Shown here piece by piece: positions 52,918 to 62,948 of a stretch of DNA of 64,000 bases. The stretch's first letter is position 1. Each line of letters begins with the position of its first letter. The notes below the pieces were generated by a model. The model was not told the origin of the DNA, did no database searches, and was given only the letters and a program-made list of their open reading frames with translations. The stretch is from a bacterium. GTDB lineage: Bacteria > Patescibacteriota > Dojkabacteria > JAOAGR01 > JBAXGO01. The stretch is taken from positions 4,503-68,502 of the forward strand of contig JBAXGO010000001.1 in assembly GCA_037139335.1 (NCBI GenBank), given 5' to 3'. A program made the position numbers and the translations under genes.

Positions 52918-54107
52918 TGATTGAAACTGCCATAAAAAATATATTTGAAGTATTAATGGGAATTATAACTAGTTTACCTTTAATACTTCTTTTTTTGCTT
53001 ATACTCACTGCTATCGTTTGTATTCATGAACTTGGTCATTTTTTAGCTGCAAAGAAATTTGGAGTTAAAGTAGAAGAGTTTTCAATTGGTATGGGACCTT
53101 TATTATATAAATGGGGAAAAGGAGAAACTCAATATAGTATTAGGGCATTTCCAATTGGAGGTTATGTGAAAATGCTTGGAGAAGGGGAATCAAACGATAA
53201 TCCTAGAAGTTATTCGATTGCTAAACCATGGAAAAGATTAATTATCATTTTCGCAGGTGTTTTTATGAATTTTGTTTTAGTTGCTGTTATTTTCACAGGA
53301 CTAGCTATTGCATCAGGTGGTACTTTTATTGGCGGTAGATTTAATCCTAATTACAACTATCCTTTTGGAGATAATAAATCGTCAAAAATTGGAGTTGGGT
53401 CTCTAGAAGAAGGTTCTCCTGCTCAAAAAGCTGGACTTAAATCATTAGATGTCATTATTAAAGTTAATGATATTGATTATAACGGTGTAGCAGAATATAA
53501 ATCTATTATAGATAAAAACTTAGGTAAGGAGATAAAACTAGAAGTTGCTCCATATCTTGGTGGCGTCAAAAAAAATGTTAACGTAATTCCTAGAACGAAA
53601 GAAGAATTAAAAGAAGGTCAAGGTCCTATTGGTTTTTATATACTAGGTGGAGATGCTTCGTTTATACGAGCTCAATTCGATGGCTTTTCTTTTCCATTTG
53701 CTGGCGTTTTGCAGACCTACAATGCCACTGATAACTATGTAAATACATTAGGTACTATTTTCAAACAAGCCTTTGATAAAAAGGATATACAGCCACTTGC
53801 AGACAGTGTAAGTAGTCCAGTTGGAACATATGCAGTTACCAAAAAAGTCATAGATTTAAATGGTTTTGCTGGATTAATGACTATTACAGCTCTTATTAGT
53901 TTGGCAATAGGATTTATGAATGCTATTCCTTTTCCTGCATTGGATGGCTGGCATGGTTTATTTATAATCTTTGAAATGATTTTTAAGAAGCGACCCAATG
54001 AAAAGCTTTATAATACTATAACATTCTTAGGTTTTGTGTTATTATTAGCGCTGGGGATAATCATTATGATTAAAGATGTCCTCAACTACAATAAATTATT
54101 CGGATGA
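52917..54107 (+). CDS. rseP: Site-2 protease RseP (M50 plus PDZ)
   Basis: HELGH, PIGGYVKM, PDZ SPAQKAGL, NAIPFPALDG. Confidence 0.93.
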   Translation: MIETAIKNIFEVLMGIITSLPLILLFLLILTAIVCIHELGHFLAAKKFGVKVEEFSIGMGPLLYKWGKGETQYSIRAFPIGGYVKMLGEGESNDNPRSYSIAKPWKRLIIIFAGVFMNFVLVAVIFTGLAIASGGTFIGGRFNPNYNYPFGDNKSSKIGVGSLEEGSPAQKAGLKSLDVIIKVNDIDYNGVAEYKSIIDKNLGKEIKLEVAPYLGGVKKNVNVIPRTKEELKEGQGPIGFYILGGDASFIRAQFDGFSFPFAGVLQTYNATDNYVNTLGTIFKQAFDKKDIQPLADSVSSPVGTYAVTKKVIDLNGFAGLMTITALISLAIGFMNAIPFPALDGWHGLFIIFEMIFKKRPNEKLYNTITFLGFVLLLALGIIIMIKDVLNYNKLFG

Positions 54108-54121
54108 GGAGGTGAGAATTT

Positions 54122-54325
54122 ATGTCTATAGCAGTAAGAGCTGACGAGAATCCAGAAGTTGCTTGGAGAAGACTCGTTAGAGAATTAGTTAGTAATGGTG
54201 TGTTTGAAGAATTGACGAAGAGACAGTTTTACCGAAGTAAGGGAAGCCTTATGAGGGATAAGAGAAGAGCAGTTAAAAAACAAAAGAGAAAGAGAAGTCA
54301 TGCCAAAAGAAAAGCTAAGAAATAA
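54122..54325 (+). CDS. rpsU: 30S ribosomal protein S21
   Basis: V..DENPEVAWRRL, RQFY, basic tail; GAGGAGG SD. Confidence 0.8.
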   Translation: MSIAVRADENPEVAWRRLVRELVSNGVFEELTKRQFYRSKGSLMRDKRRAVKKQKRKRSHAKRKAKK

Positions 54326-54770
54326 AACTTTTTTTCAGTGTCATTTTGTACCAAAACAGTTAGTTCAGGATATAAATATATTTCTGGATAAACTAATACA
54401 AAATGACACTTTTCTTTTTGAGTTAAATAAATGTAAAGAATTTTTTTCGATAGAGATAAACTTCCTTGATGAAATAGCAATTAGAAAATTAAATCTTGAA
54501 TATCGAGATATTGATAATTCGACCGATGTACTTAGTTTTAATTTAGGACCGGTTGGTGAGATTGATTTATGTTTTTCCATAATAGAAAAAAACGCAATTG
54601 ATCTAAAAATATCATCAAAAGAGGAGCTGTTTCGATGTATAATACATGGAATTCTTCATATACTTGGTTATGATCATATATCCAAACTAGATACTGAAAA
54701 TTTATCTCAGGAAGAAATGTTTTTATTACAGGAAAATATATTAAAAAATGTCACATCAGGTAGTCTATAG
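54300..54770 (+). CDS. ybeY: rRNA maturation factor YbeY
   Basis: LNLEYR..D.STDVLSF, HGILHILGYDH. Confidence 0.92.
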   Translation: MPKEKLRNKTFFQCHFVPKQLVQDINIFLDKLIQNDTFLFELNKCKEFFSIEINFLDEIAIRKLNLEYRDIDNSTDVLSFNLGPVGEIDLCFSIIEKNAIDLKISSKEELFRCIIHGILHILGYDHISKLDTENLSQEEMFLLQENILKNVTSGSL

Positions 54771-56259
54771 AAAATACAGATCGCAAAGTTTTTTACAGTT
54801 AATTGGCCAAGAACATATTGTTCAAACTCTTTCCAATCAGATAAAATCTGATTCCATTGGTCATGCCTATCTATTTTTTGGTCCTAGAGGCTGTGGTAAA
54901 ACGTCTACAGCTAGAATATTTGCAAAAACAATTAATTGTTTAACTCCTATACAAGAAGCTGATGTACTCGTTCCATGTGAAAAATGTGAAAGTTGTATAA
55001 ATTTTTCTACTGAAGATATGGATATCTTTGAACTTGACGCTGCTTCAAACAGAGGTATTGATGATGCTCGTTTATTACGTGAAAAAGTTATATCACAACC
55101 AATTTCTCATAAATATAAAATCGTTATCCTTGATGAGGCTCATATGCTCACTAGAGAGGCTGTAAATTCTTTATTAAAGATAATAGAGGAACCTCCAGAG
55201 TATGTTGTTTTTATGTTTTGTACTACTGAATTTCATAAAATACCAATTACAATTGCTTCTAGGTGCCAGAGGTTCAAATTTCTGCTTGCCAAAGAATCTG
55301 ACATCAAAAAAAAGTTGGAGTATATATGTCAACAAGAAAAAATTGAAGTTAAAGAAAGTGATTTGAATATTATTATAAAATTGGCAAAGGGAAGTTTCAG
55401 AGATTCAGAAAGCTTATTGGAGCAGTTTATTCATACAAACAATAATAATTATTTTGATGATTTATTTAGTTTGTACAATGATAAAAATAAAATTGATAAT
55501 TTTATCGATTATATTCTTAAAGATAAAATTGAAGAATTATGGAATTTTCTTTGCGATTTAGAACAAAATCAAGAAGATCTTAAACAGCTACTTGATGTTG
55601 TAGTTGAGCGGGGGAGAGAATTGGTTGAAGCCAAAAAGATGGAATTTAAAGAGTTCACAAAACTTATACGATTGTCTGGAGGCTTTCGAAACGGAGGAAA
55701 AGAAGAATTCTTGTATCTTTTATGTCGAGTCCAGGATAAAATAAGCCAAGCCGAAGAAAAAACTTTCCCTCATCAATCTACCACGCCGACTGCTAATGCT
55801 CAAAAGCGTGTTGAATGGGATGCTCCTGTTGCTGCTAATAATAATAAAAATTCTGTTTATAATGTGGAGAAACAAGTTCAGCCATCAACTGTGAAAGCAA
55901 TACAGGTAAAAAACGAAGTTGGAGTTTTTAACGAAAGCGGTATTCTTAAAATATTTGCAGATAAAGTGGGAATATATAGCATATTGTTGAAAAGCCGTGT
56001 TGTAATTGAAGGTGAAATTGTTAAAATATTTGTAAATTCAACAGTGTCAAAAATATATCTTCAGAAGAACAAGGTTGGAGCCGAAATTATGGATAAGTTT
56101 AAGGAGGTAAAAGATGTTATAATTGACTTCGTGCATAGCGCGAGTAATATTTCAGAACCTAATAAAACTTCAGAAAAATCCGATATTCAAGGGAAAAAAG
56201 ATGCTGGTGGGGAAGTGTCGGTTGATTTAGAAGAAATATTTGGTTCAAAATTTCAATAA
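54748..56259 (+). CDS. dnaX: DNA polymerase III gamma/tau
   Basis: YRKYR..F..LIGQ, GPRGCGKT, ELDAASNRG, DEAHML, SRCQ. Confidence 0.96.
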   Translation: MSHQVVYRKYRSQSFLQLIGQEHIVQTLSNQIKSDSIGHAYLFFGPRGCGKTSTARIFAKTINCLTPIQEADVLVPCEKCESCINFSTEDMDIFELDAASNRGIDDARLLREKVISQPISHKYKIVILDEAHMLTREAVNSLLKIIEEPPEYVVFMFCTTEFHKIPITIASRCQRFKFLLAKESDIKKKLEYICQQEKIEVKESDLNIIIKLAKGSFRDSESLLEQFIHTNNNNYFDDLFSLYNDKNKIDNFIDYILKDKIEELWNFLCDLEQNQEDLKQLLDVVVERGRELVEAKKMEFKEFTKLIRLSGGFRNGGKEEFLYLLCRVQDKISQAEEKTFPHQSTTPTANAQKRVEWDAPVAANNNKNSVYNVEKQVQPSTVKAIQVKNEVGVFNESGILKIFADKVGIYSILLKSRVVIEGEIVKIFVNSTVSKIYLQKNKVGAEIMDKFKEVKDVIIDFVHSASNISEPNKTSEKSDIQGKKDAGGEVSVDLEEIFGSKFQ

Positions 56260-56282
56260 TTATATTTTTAAAAAAATTTTTT

Positions 56283-56585
56283 ATGGTAAATCCTATATCG
56301 CAAATAAACAAAGTTAACAAATTAAGAAAAATTGGTGAACAAAAAAAGAAGGAAATGGAAGCTATCAAAATTCAAGGGGTTTCCGATAAACAGAGGGTTA
56401 AAGTTACTTTAAACGGAACATATGAGATTATTCATATGGAGATAGAAGATGAATTATTATCGTCAGATAAAAAAGAAATGTTGATTAAAGCTATTTGTAG
56501 TGCTCATACAGATGCAAGAAAAAAATTAGAAAAAGAATTAGCAAAAACTATGGATATTAGTCAATTAATGGAGATGTTTAGCTAA
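56283..56585 (+). CDS. YbaB/EbfC nucleoid-associated protein
   Basis: VKVTLNG motif; dnaX-ybaB-recR synteny. Confidence 0.85.
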   Translation: MVNPISQINKVNKLRKIGEQKKKEMEAIKIQGVSDKQRVKVTLNGTYEIIHMEIEDELLSSDKKEMLIKAICSAHTDARKKLEKELAKTMDISQLMEMFS

Positions 56586-56586
56586 T

Positions 56587-57204
56587 ATGCCGAATGATTT
56601 TGAGAATTTAATTAATTATATTCAAAGATTACCTGGTATCGGTCCCAAGGCTGCTACCAGGATTGCTATTTATCTACTTACTAAAGATAATAAACTTGCA
56701 AATGAATTATCGACTGCTATTTCACACACTGTAAATACGGTTGGCACATGTATTAATTGTGGTAATTTTTCAAAAAAAGGTAGTTTATGTGCGATCTGTA
56801 ATGATTCTAAGAGGAATCGAGCTTCAATAGCTATAGTAGCTGGAATATCAGATATTTATGCCATAGAAAAAGCAGGGGTTCATGATGGGATGTATTTTGT
56901 ATTTGATGCTATTGATAATTTATTCGAAGATAAATATTTATTTGATAATCAAATAGAAAAATTAGCCTCTATAATTAAAGGTTATATGGATAAAGTAGAA
57001 AGTAAAGTAGAAGTCATATTTGCTCTTCCTTATAACATTGATTCAGAAGTTGCTTGCTCAGTTATTTCCGAAAAATTAGCTGATTTATTCAGTAATAATA
57101 TACATCTAAGTAGAATTTCGCTAGGTATGCCAAGTGGTGCTGATTTTGACTATACGGATAAACTTACCATTTTGAAATCATTCAAAGGCAGAACTGTTGT
57201 GTAA
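56587..57204 (+). CDS. recR: Recombination protein RecR
   Basis: LPGIGPKAATR HhH, C4 zinc finger, Toprim-like C-terminus. Confidence 0.93.
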   Translation: MPNDFENLINYIQRLPGIGPKAATRIAIYLLTKDNKLANELSTAISHTVNTVGTCINCGNFSKKGSLCAICNDSKRNRASIAIVAGISDIYAIEKAGVHDGMYFVFDAIDNLFEDKYLFDNQIEKLASIIKGYMDKVESKVEVIFALPYNIDSEVACSVISEKLADLFSNNIHLSRISLGMPSGADFDYTDKLTILKSFKGRTVV

Positions 57205-57365
57205 AACCTTTCTTTATAGAAAGATTTGTTTAAAATACAGGCAAATTATATAGGATTATGTAATAACTGTGGTTTTCCTGTTATAATGTCGAGGTTAAAT
57301 CTTGAGGAAATAACCATAATATGATATAAATCGTATCGAAGTTTTTTTATATAAAGTTATTAATT

Positions 57366-57647
57366 ATGAATAAGTACGAATTGTTGGTTGTGTTGAAACC
57401 AATGTTACCAGATCCAGTAAGAAATGCAGTTGAAGAAAAGATAATTCAACTAGTTTCAGAAGGTGGTGGTTCAATATTGTCTACTGACACATTAGGTAAG
57501 AGATATTTGGCATATAGAATAAAGGGTCATACAGAAGGTTATTATTTGGTATACGATCTAGACTTGACAGCAGAAGCTATCAAAAATATAAACTCATCAT
57601 TAAGAATTATGTCACAGGTACTAAGATTTTTAGTTTTGAAAAAATAA
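57366..57647 (+). CDS. rpsF: 30S ribosomal protein S6
   Basis: YEL, GKRYLAYRI..EGYY. Confidence 0.95.
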   Translation: MNKYELLVVLKPMLPDPVRNAVEEKIIQLVSEGGGSILSTDTLGKRYLAYRIKGHTEGYYLVYDLDLTAEAIKNINSSLRIMSQVLRFLVLKK

Positions 57648-57651
57648 AAAT

Positions 57652-58083
57652 ATGAGTAGATCATTAAACGTCGTCTTTTTAATTGGTCATTTGACTAGAC
57701 CTCCAGTAATTAAATACACCCCAAATGGTGCTGCAGTTACGAGATTTAGTATCGCCACAAATAGATCTTTTAAGAAAGCTGACGGAACTCTTGATGAAAC
57801 TGTTGAGTATCATGATTTGGAAGCATGGGGCAAATTGGCTGAAATATGTAATCAGTTACTGACTACAGGCAGTTATGTTCATGTTACTGGTGAGTTAAGA
57901 ACACAAAAGTGGACTGACCAAGCTGGTGTTAGCAGATCAAAGACAGTAATTAGATTGAGTTCAATGATTTCATTGACTGGTAAGAAAGAAGGTGTGGCTG
58001 GTTCATCAACATTATCTGATGACGAGGATCGTCCTGTTGTTGATGAGGTAGTTGAAGAAGTTGTTGACGATATGCCCTTTTAA
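57652..58083 (+). CDS. ssb: Single-stranded DNA-binding protein
   Basis: OB fold (WGKLAE), C-terminal DDMPF. Confidence 0.96.
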   Translation: MSRSLNVVFLIGHLTRPPVIKYTPNGAAVTRFSIATNRSFKKADGTLDETVEYHDLEAWGKLAEICNQLLTTGSYVHVTGELRTQKWTDQAGVSRSKTVIRLSSMISLTGKKEGVAGSSTLSDDEDRPVVDEVVEEVVDDMPF

Positions 58084-58105
58084 GAATCATTAATATTAAC
58101 ATTTT

Positions 58106-58357
58106 ATGGCACAGAAAAAGAAAAAAAAGAAAATTAATAAAAATCATATAACGAATCTGTCATGTCCTTTATGCACAGAGGGAGTTAAAGAATTAGACTA
58201 CAAGGATTTAAGTCATTTAAAGAAGTTTGTATCAAGAAGAGGTAAAATTCTTCCTAGATCTAGAACAGGAGCTTGTGCTAAACATCAGCGTTCTATCTCA
58301 ACTGCTGTGAAAAGATCAAGATATGTAGCTTTATTGCCATTCTTAAATCTTGAGTAA
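58106..58357 (+). CDS. rpsR: 30S ribosomal protein S18
   Basis: [20 protein letters not shown]. Confidence 0.96.
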   Translation: MAQKKKKKKINKNHITNLSCPLCTEGVKELDYKDLSHLKKFVSRRGKILPRSRTGACAKHQRSISTAVKRSRYVALLPFLNLE

Positions 58358-58359
58358 TA

Positions 58360-59592
58360 ATGAATGAATTTGAAAAAAGATACAGTAGAGATAGTTATGT
58401 CGTTTTAATTCTGTTGTGTCTTTTTTTTATTACTGTTGGTTTTTTTACGGGGAGTGTTTTTTTTCCTAGAATTGATAAAAAAACAAACTCGAACATTGAT
58501 TCGTCAGGTTTGATTAAATTTAATCAAGTCGCAGATAAATTGAATTCTGATTTTTATTATAGAGATAAATTACAAACATCTCTTGTTGAAGATTCCACCA
58601 TAAAAGGGCTTTTAGCCGGTTTAGGAGATCCTCCAACTAGATACTATAATACTCAAGAATATTCACAATATAAGGAAGCTCTTGCAGGAAATATTTTCGG
58701 TATTGGTATTGAAATTTCAAGTGATAATGGTAGCTCAAAAATAAATGCTGTTTATTCTGGCTCTCCAGCAGAAAAAGCAGGTGTACTAAAAGATGATGTT
58801 ATTATTAAAGTTGACGATAAAGATACCGAAGGTTTAACTACAAGTGATGTAGCAAATCTTATTCGTGGTCCTATTGGTACAAAGGTAACAATATCGTTTC
58901 GACGAAAAGAAGAAGTTGTCGTATTTCCAATAATTAGAGATAAGATTAAAACTGATAGTATAAAATTTTCAAATCTCAATAATGATGGTATTTGTAAAAT
59001 TGATATTTTGAGATTTACAGATGAAAGCGTAATTGCTTGGGACAATAATTGGGATGTTGCTGTTGCAAAGTTTAATGAACAAAAATGTACTAAATTAATA
59101 ATTGATTTAAGAAATAATGGTGGTGGTTATGTTGATGCTGCTAAATATTCTTTAGGTGAATTTGTTAATGATGGTACCGTAATATTCGGACAGAAAAAGA
59201 GTAATGGTTCAATTGAAAATGTCGCATCAAATAGAGATGTTATGTCAAAAAGTTCTGGCGTACCAGGAAAATTAAGAGATACTAAAACCGTTATTATAAT
59301 AAATTCCTCAAGCGCATCAGCGTCAGAAATATTTGCTGGAGCTATGCAAAGCTTAGGTCGAGCTAAGCTAGTTGGAATTAATTCGTACGGGAAAGGGAGT
59401 GTGCAAGAAACTTATCCCTTTACGGATGGTTCTGCTATGGTTTTTACTACTGCAAACTGGACTTTGCCTAACGGACAGGTCATTGATAAAAATTATCCCA
59501 TAACACCTGATCAAGTAGTGACGATATCTGAAGAAGATACAAAAATTAAAAAAGATCCTCAGTTAGATAAAGCTATAGAATTATTAAAATAA
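58360..59592 (+). CDS. S41 carboxy-terminal processing protease
   Basis: PDZ, IIDLRNNGGG, SASASEI, SYGKGSVQ. Confidence 0.94.
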   Translation: MNEFEKRYSRDSYVVLILLCLFFITVGFFTGSVFFPRIDKKTNSNIDSSGLIKFNQVADKLNSDFYYRDKLQTSLVEDSTIKGLLAGLGDPPTRYYNTQEYSQYKEALAGNIFGIGIEISSDNGSSKINAVYSGSPAEKAGVLKDDVIIKVDDKDTEGLTTSDVANLIRGPIGTKVTISFRRKEEVVVFPIIRDKIKTDSIKFSNLNNDGICKIDILRFTDESVIAWDNNWDVAVAKFNEQKCTKLIIDLRNNGGGYVDAAKYSLGEFVNDGTVIFGQKKSNGSIENVASNRDVMSKSSGVPGKLRDTKTVIIINSSSASASEIFAGAMQSLGRAKLVGINSYGKGSVQETYPFTDGSAMVFTTANWTLPNGQVIDKNYPITPDQVVTISEEDTKIKKDPQLDKAIELLK

Positions 59593-59704
59593 TAATTTCA
59601 TATTATAAAAATATAGTGGTTTCATAGATTGTTGAAATACACTTATATTGTTAATTTCATAAATACAAGTTATGCTTATTATGTTATAGTATTGTATATA
59701 TAAT

Positions 59705-60802
59705 ATGGAAATGAAAAAAATTGATTTATTCAGCTCAAAGATAATACTGATTCCAATATTTCTTGGATCTATCGTTTTAACAGTATTTTTATTACAAATT
59801 GTATTTGGGTTTTTATCTCAATTTGGCTGGCTATTTATCTCATTCATTTATGCGTACATAATATATGTTTTTGTAGCACCTCTCGATAAATTATTACAGA
59901 AAATAAAGATACCATCCAAAGTTTCATTGATATTATCTTTCTTAATAATATTATTAATTCTTTCACTTTCAATAATATTTATTAATCCAGTTTTAACACA
60001 GGAATTAAACAATCTTGCAGATCAAATAAAAAGAAATAATTTTAATAGTTCTTTTGACTTATTTGTCAATGATGTTGCTAGACTGTTAAATACCGATCCT
60101 TTGCAACTTAGAGATAGTGTTATTGGTAATATTACAAAATTTGCAGAATCTATTACCAGTAACATGATTAATATATTAAGTAACGCCTTTTTTACATCTT
60201 TTCAAATAGTATTAGCTTTAATTATTGGTTACTTTTTTATCAAAGAGGGGAATACATGGTTCGAAAGATTTTTGAAATTAATTCCTCAGGGGTATCGAAA
60301 TGAAGTACATGCTATTTCTGAATATTTTAATAGAAGCGCCTCGTCGTTTTTGCGTGTACAAGTCTTTATGGCTTTTATATATGGAGTTATAAATTTTATG
60401 GTTATGAGTGGATTGGGGATTAGCTTTGCTTTAACATCTTCTATCGTTGCTTTTGTAACTTTTATAGTACCTGGCGTTGGACCTTTCATATCAGTACTTA
60501 TTCCTATTATTGTTGCTTTCTTATTTGATGCAAATAAAGTAGTTCTATTAATAATAATATTACTTTTTGTTCAGCAAATAATATTAAATGTCCTAATACC
60601 TAGACTTTATGGCGATAAAGTAGGTGTTCATCCACTTGTTATTTTACTTTCTATACTTATAGGCATTCAACTCTTTGGAGTGCTAGGGGTATTGATTTTT
60701 ATACCAGTTGTAACGGTTATTATAAATGTAGCTTCTATATATTTTGAAAAAACAATTCGGTTATCGAATAGTGAGGAAGTGGAAAATATTAAAGAGTTAT
60801 AG
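59705..60802 (+). CDS. AI-2E family transporter
   Basis: Multi-TM; VPGVGP, PRLYG..VGVHP, G..LFGVLG..IP. Confidence 0.9.
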   Translation: MEMKKIDLFSSKIILIPIFLGSIVLTVFLLQIVFGFLSQFGWLFISFIYAYIIYVFVAPLDKLLQKIKIPSKVSLILSFLIILLILSLSIIFINPVLTQELNNLADQIKRNNFNSSFDLFVNDVARLLNTDPLQLRDSVIGNITKFAESITSNMINILSNAFFTSFQIVLALIIGYFFIKEGNTWFERFLKLIPQGYRNEVHAISEYFNRSASSFLRVQVFMAFIYGVINFMVMSGLGISFALTSSIVAFVTFIVPGVGPFISVLIPIIVAFLFDANKVVLLIIILLFVQQIILNVLIPRLYGDKVGVHPLVILLSILIGIQLFGVLGVLIFIPVVTVIINVASIYFEKTIRLSNSEEVENIKEL

Positions 60803-61834
60803 TTAAATCTCGTTTTCTTCTTTGGATAATTCAATATTAATTTTCATCAGAATTTCTTTGATTTCGCCTTGCATAAATTTATTAATATTGGAGAAATCAA
60901 GCTTAACTCTATGGTCTGTTATTCTATCTTGTAGGTAATTATATGTTCTAATTTTTTCTGATCTATCTGAATTTTGTATCTGTTTATTTCTCAAATCTGT
61001 TATGCTCTTGTTGCTTTGTTTACTTGCAATATCTTCTAGTCTAGCAAGTAAAACTTTCATTGCCATCTCCTTGTTTTTTATTTGTGACTTCGTATTTTGA
61101 CATGTTACTACTAGGCCTGAGGGAAGATGTGTTAATCTAACTGCAGAATCTGTTGTATTTACGCTTTGCCCTCCATGTCCTGAAGATCTATATACGTCAG
61201 TTCTTATATCGGCAGGGTTTATTTGTACATTACTTTTTTCGACTATTGGGAGTATTGCAATCGATATTGTGGATGTATGTATTCTTCCTGATGATTCTGT
61301 TTTTGGAACTCTTTGGACTCTATGTACGCCACCTTCGTTTTTGAAATAATCGTAAACTGACTTTCCGTTAACCTCGAAAATAATAGTTGAATATCCACCC
61401 GAATCTGCCCCAGATAGTTCTATTATTTCAATATTTGCTTTTTCGTTTAAAATGAATTTTGTATATGCGCTAAAAATATCTTTACAGAAGAGTGATGCTT
61501 CTTCTCCCCCGGCTCCAGCTCTTATTTCTACAATGAAGTTCGATACCGAGGGATTATTTATATCATATAGCATTTGTCTGATCGTATTGCTTAATGCTTC
61601 GAATTCGTCTACGTTAGATCGTAAAAAACTCGAATCGTAGTCTTGAGGGTTGGCTTTTATGTATTCAATATCATTATATAGCTGTTTTTGTTTAGAGAGT
61701 AGGGGATAGAATTTCACTGACATAGAAAAATCCTCAGCCTCAGATTCTGATAGTCTGAGGCCTTGGGATATTTTCTTATTATATTTTTCTATCTTATTAG
61801 TTATAGAATCTAATAAGATTTTATTGTTTGTCAC
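60803..61834 (-). CDS. prfA: Peptide chain release factor 1
   Basis: EIRAGAGGEEA, PKT recognition loop, GGQ. Confidence 0.95.
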   Translation of the reverse strand: MTNNKILLDSITNKIEKYNKKISQGLRLSESEAEDFSMSVKFYPLLSKQKQLYNDIEYIKANPQDYDSSFLRSNVDEFEALSNTIRQMLYDINNPSVSNFIVEIRAGAGGEEASLFCKDIFSAYTKFILNEKANIEIIELSGADSGGYSTIIFEVNGKSVYDYFKNEGGVHRVQRVPKTESSGRIHTSTISIAILPIVEKSNVQINPADIRTDVYRSSGHGGQSVNTTDSAVRLTHLPSGLVVTCQNTKSQIKNKEMAMKVLLARLEDIASKQSNKSITDLRNKQIQNSDRSEKIRTYNYLQDRITDHRVKLDFSNINKFMQGEIKEILMKINIELSKEENEI

Positions 61835-62165
61835 CTTGTTTTAATAATTTCATCATATCCTTCAATGTCATAGGAGCATTTGAAGAGTTAGATGCATTTG
61901 ATGCTTCTACTTTCTTAGCTTTTTCTGCTTTTTGAGCAGCTATCTTTTGTTGAAGAACCTTTGCAGCCTGTTGTCTCTTTTCGAAATCCTTGGCTTTATT
62001 AGCAATGTCGACAATTTTTTGTGTACCCGTAAAAAACGGATGACACTTGTAACAGACATCTACCATAAAACTGTCTGTATTCGTTGACCCTACTGTAAAC
62101 TGGTTTTTACAACCGTTACAGATTATGGTCATTTGGTAGTATTTTGGGTGTATAGAACTTTTCAT
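61821..62165 (-). CDS. rpmE: 50S ribosomal protein L31 with C-terminal extension
   Basis: MKSSIHPKY, DVCYKCHPFFTG. Confidence 0.95.
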   Translation of the reverse strand: MKSSIHPKYYQMTIICNGCKNQFTVGSTNTDSFMVDVCYKCHPFFTGTQKIVDIANKAKDFEKRQQAAKVLQQKIAAQKAEKAKKVEASNASNSSNAPMTLKDMMKLLKQGDKQ

Positions 62166-62206
62166 AATATTCGTGTAAACTCAAGGCATTATATGATTTT
62201 TATTCT

Positions 62207-62443
62207 ATGAATGCAAGGAAAAAAGAGTCAAAGCAGCAACTGATAAATAGGATTCACAGGCTCAAAGGACAGTTGGAGGCTGTGGAACGCATGATTGACT
62301 CAGAAGAGGATCCCAAGGAGGTTCTGGTTCAATTGCAAGCTTGTATTAGTGCAATAAATGGTGTAAAAAACAATTATTCGAAATATCTTATCTTAAACTC
62401 TTCTCTAGGTGATATCCGTGAAGTAGTTGACTTATTAACATAA
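62207..62443 (+). CDS. CsoR/RcnR/FrmR family repressor
   Basis: RIHRLKGQLEAVERM..QLQA. Confidence 0.85.
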   Translation: MNARKKESKQQLINRIHRLKGQLEAVERMIDSEEDPKEVLVQLQACISAINGVKNNYSKYLILNSSLGDIREVVDLLT

Positions 62444-62448
62444 AAAAT

Positions 62449-62943
62449 ATGGTTATATCAAAGCAAAAAAATATTGTTATTTCATATGATAACGGTGGTG
62501 TCATAACTAATAGTGAGTTATATGACTCAAGTAAATATATTTGTCTTAGCCTGAATGGCGATATAAAGTCCACTAAGGGGATTTTGTCTATTATAAATCC
62601 GGGTGAGTATGAATATATGGGGATTCTGATTAAGGTCACACAAAATAAAAATACTTTTATTTCGTCTGAAGGTATTAAAATTTGTATAGTGGGAGATGAT
62701 TCATTGCTTATTAAGGAAGATGGAATTAATAATGTCGACATAATTATCCTTGATGCAATCAAAGGGAAAAAATATTCTCAAGAAGATATTTTGGCAATTC
62801 AAAAAGCGATACAACCAAAAATTATTGTTGCAAATTCCCACACTGCTGACGAAAATATCGCCAATGCTGAGAAAATCAATAAAATTAAAATGAAGAGTTC
62901 TGAGCTCGATGCTATTGTAGATACTAAATTATATATTCTCTGA
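62449..62943 (+). CDS. Degenerate MBL-fold-like protein
   Basis: PGEYE..GI, GIKIC.VGD, VDIII, IQPKIIV; no HxHxDH motif. Confidence 0.55.
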   Translation: MVISKQKNIVISYDNGGVITNSELYDSSKYICLSLNGDIKSTKGILSIINPGEYEYMGILIKVTQNKNTFISSEGIKICIVGDDSLLIKEDGINNVDIIILDAIKGKKYSQEDILAIQKAIQPKIIVANSHTADENIANAEKINKIKMKSSELDAIVDTKLYIL

Positions 62944-62948
62944 TTGTT

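Noticed and set aside
55300-55320. A AAA AAG slippery sequence in dnaX
   Set aside because: Lies inside the AAA+ domain (~codon 187), too early to give a functional gamma subunit; no clear stimulatory hairpin
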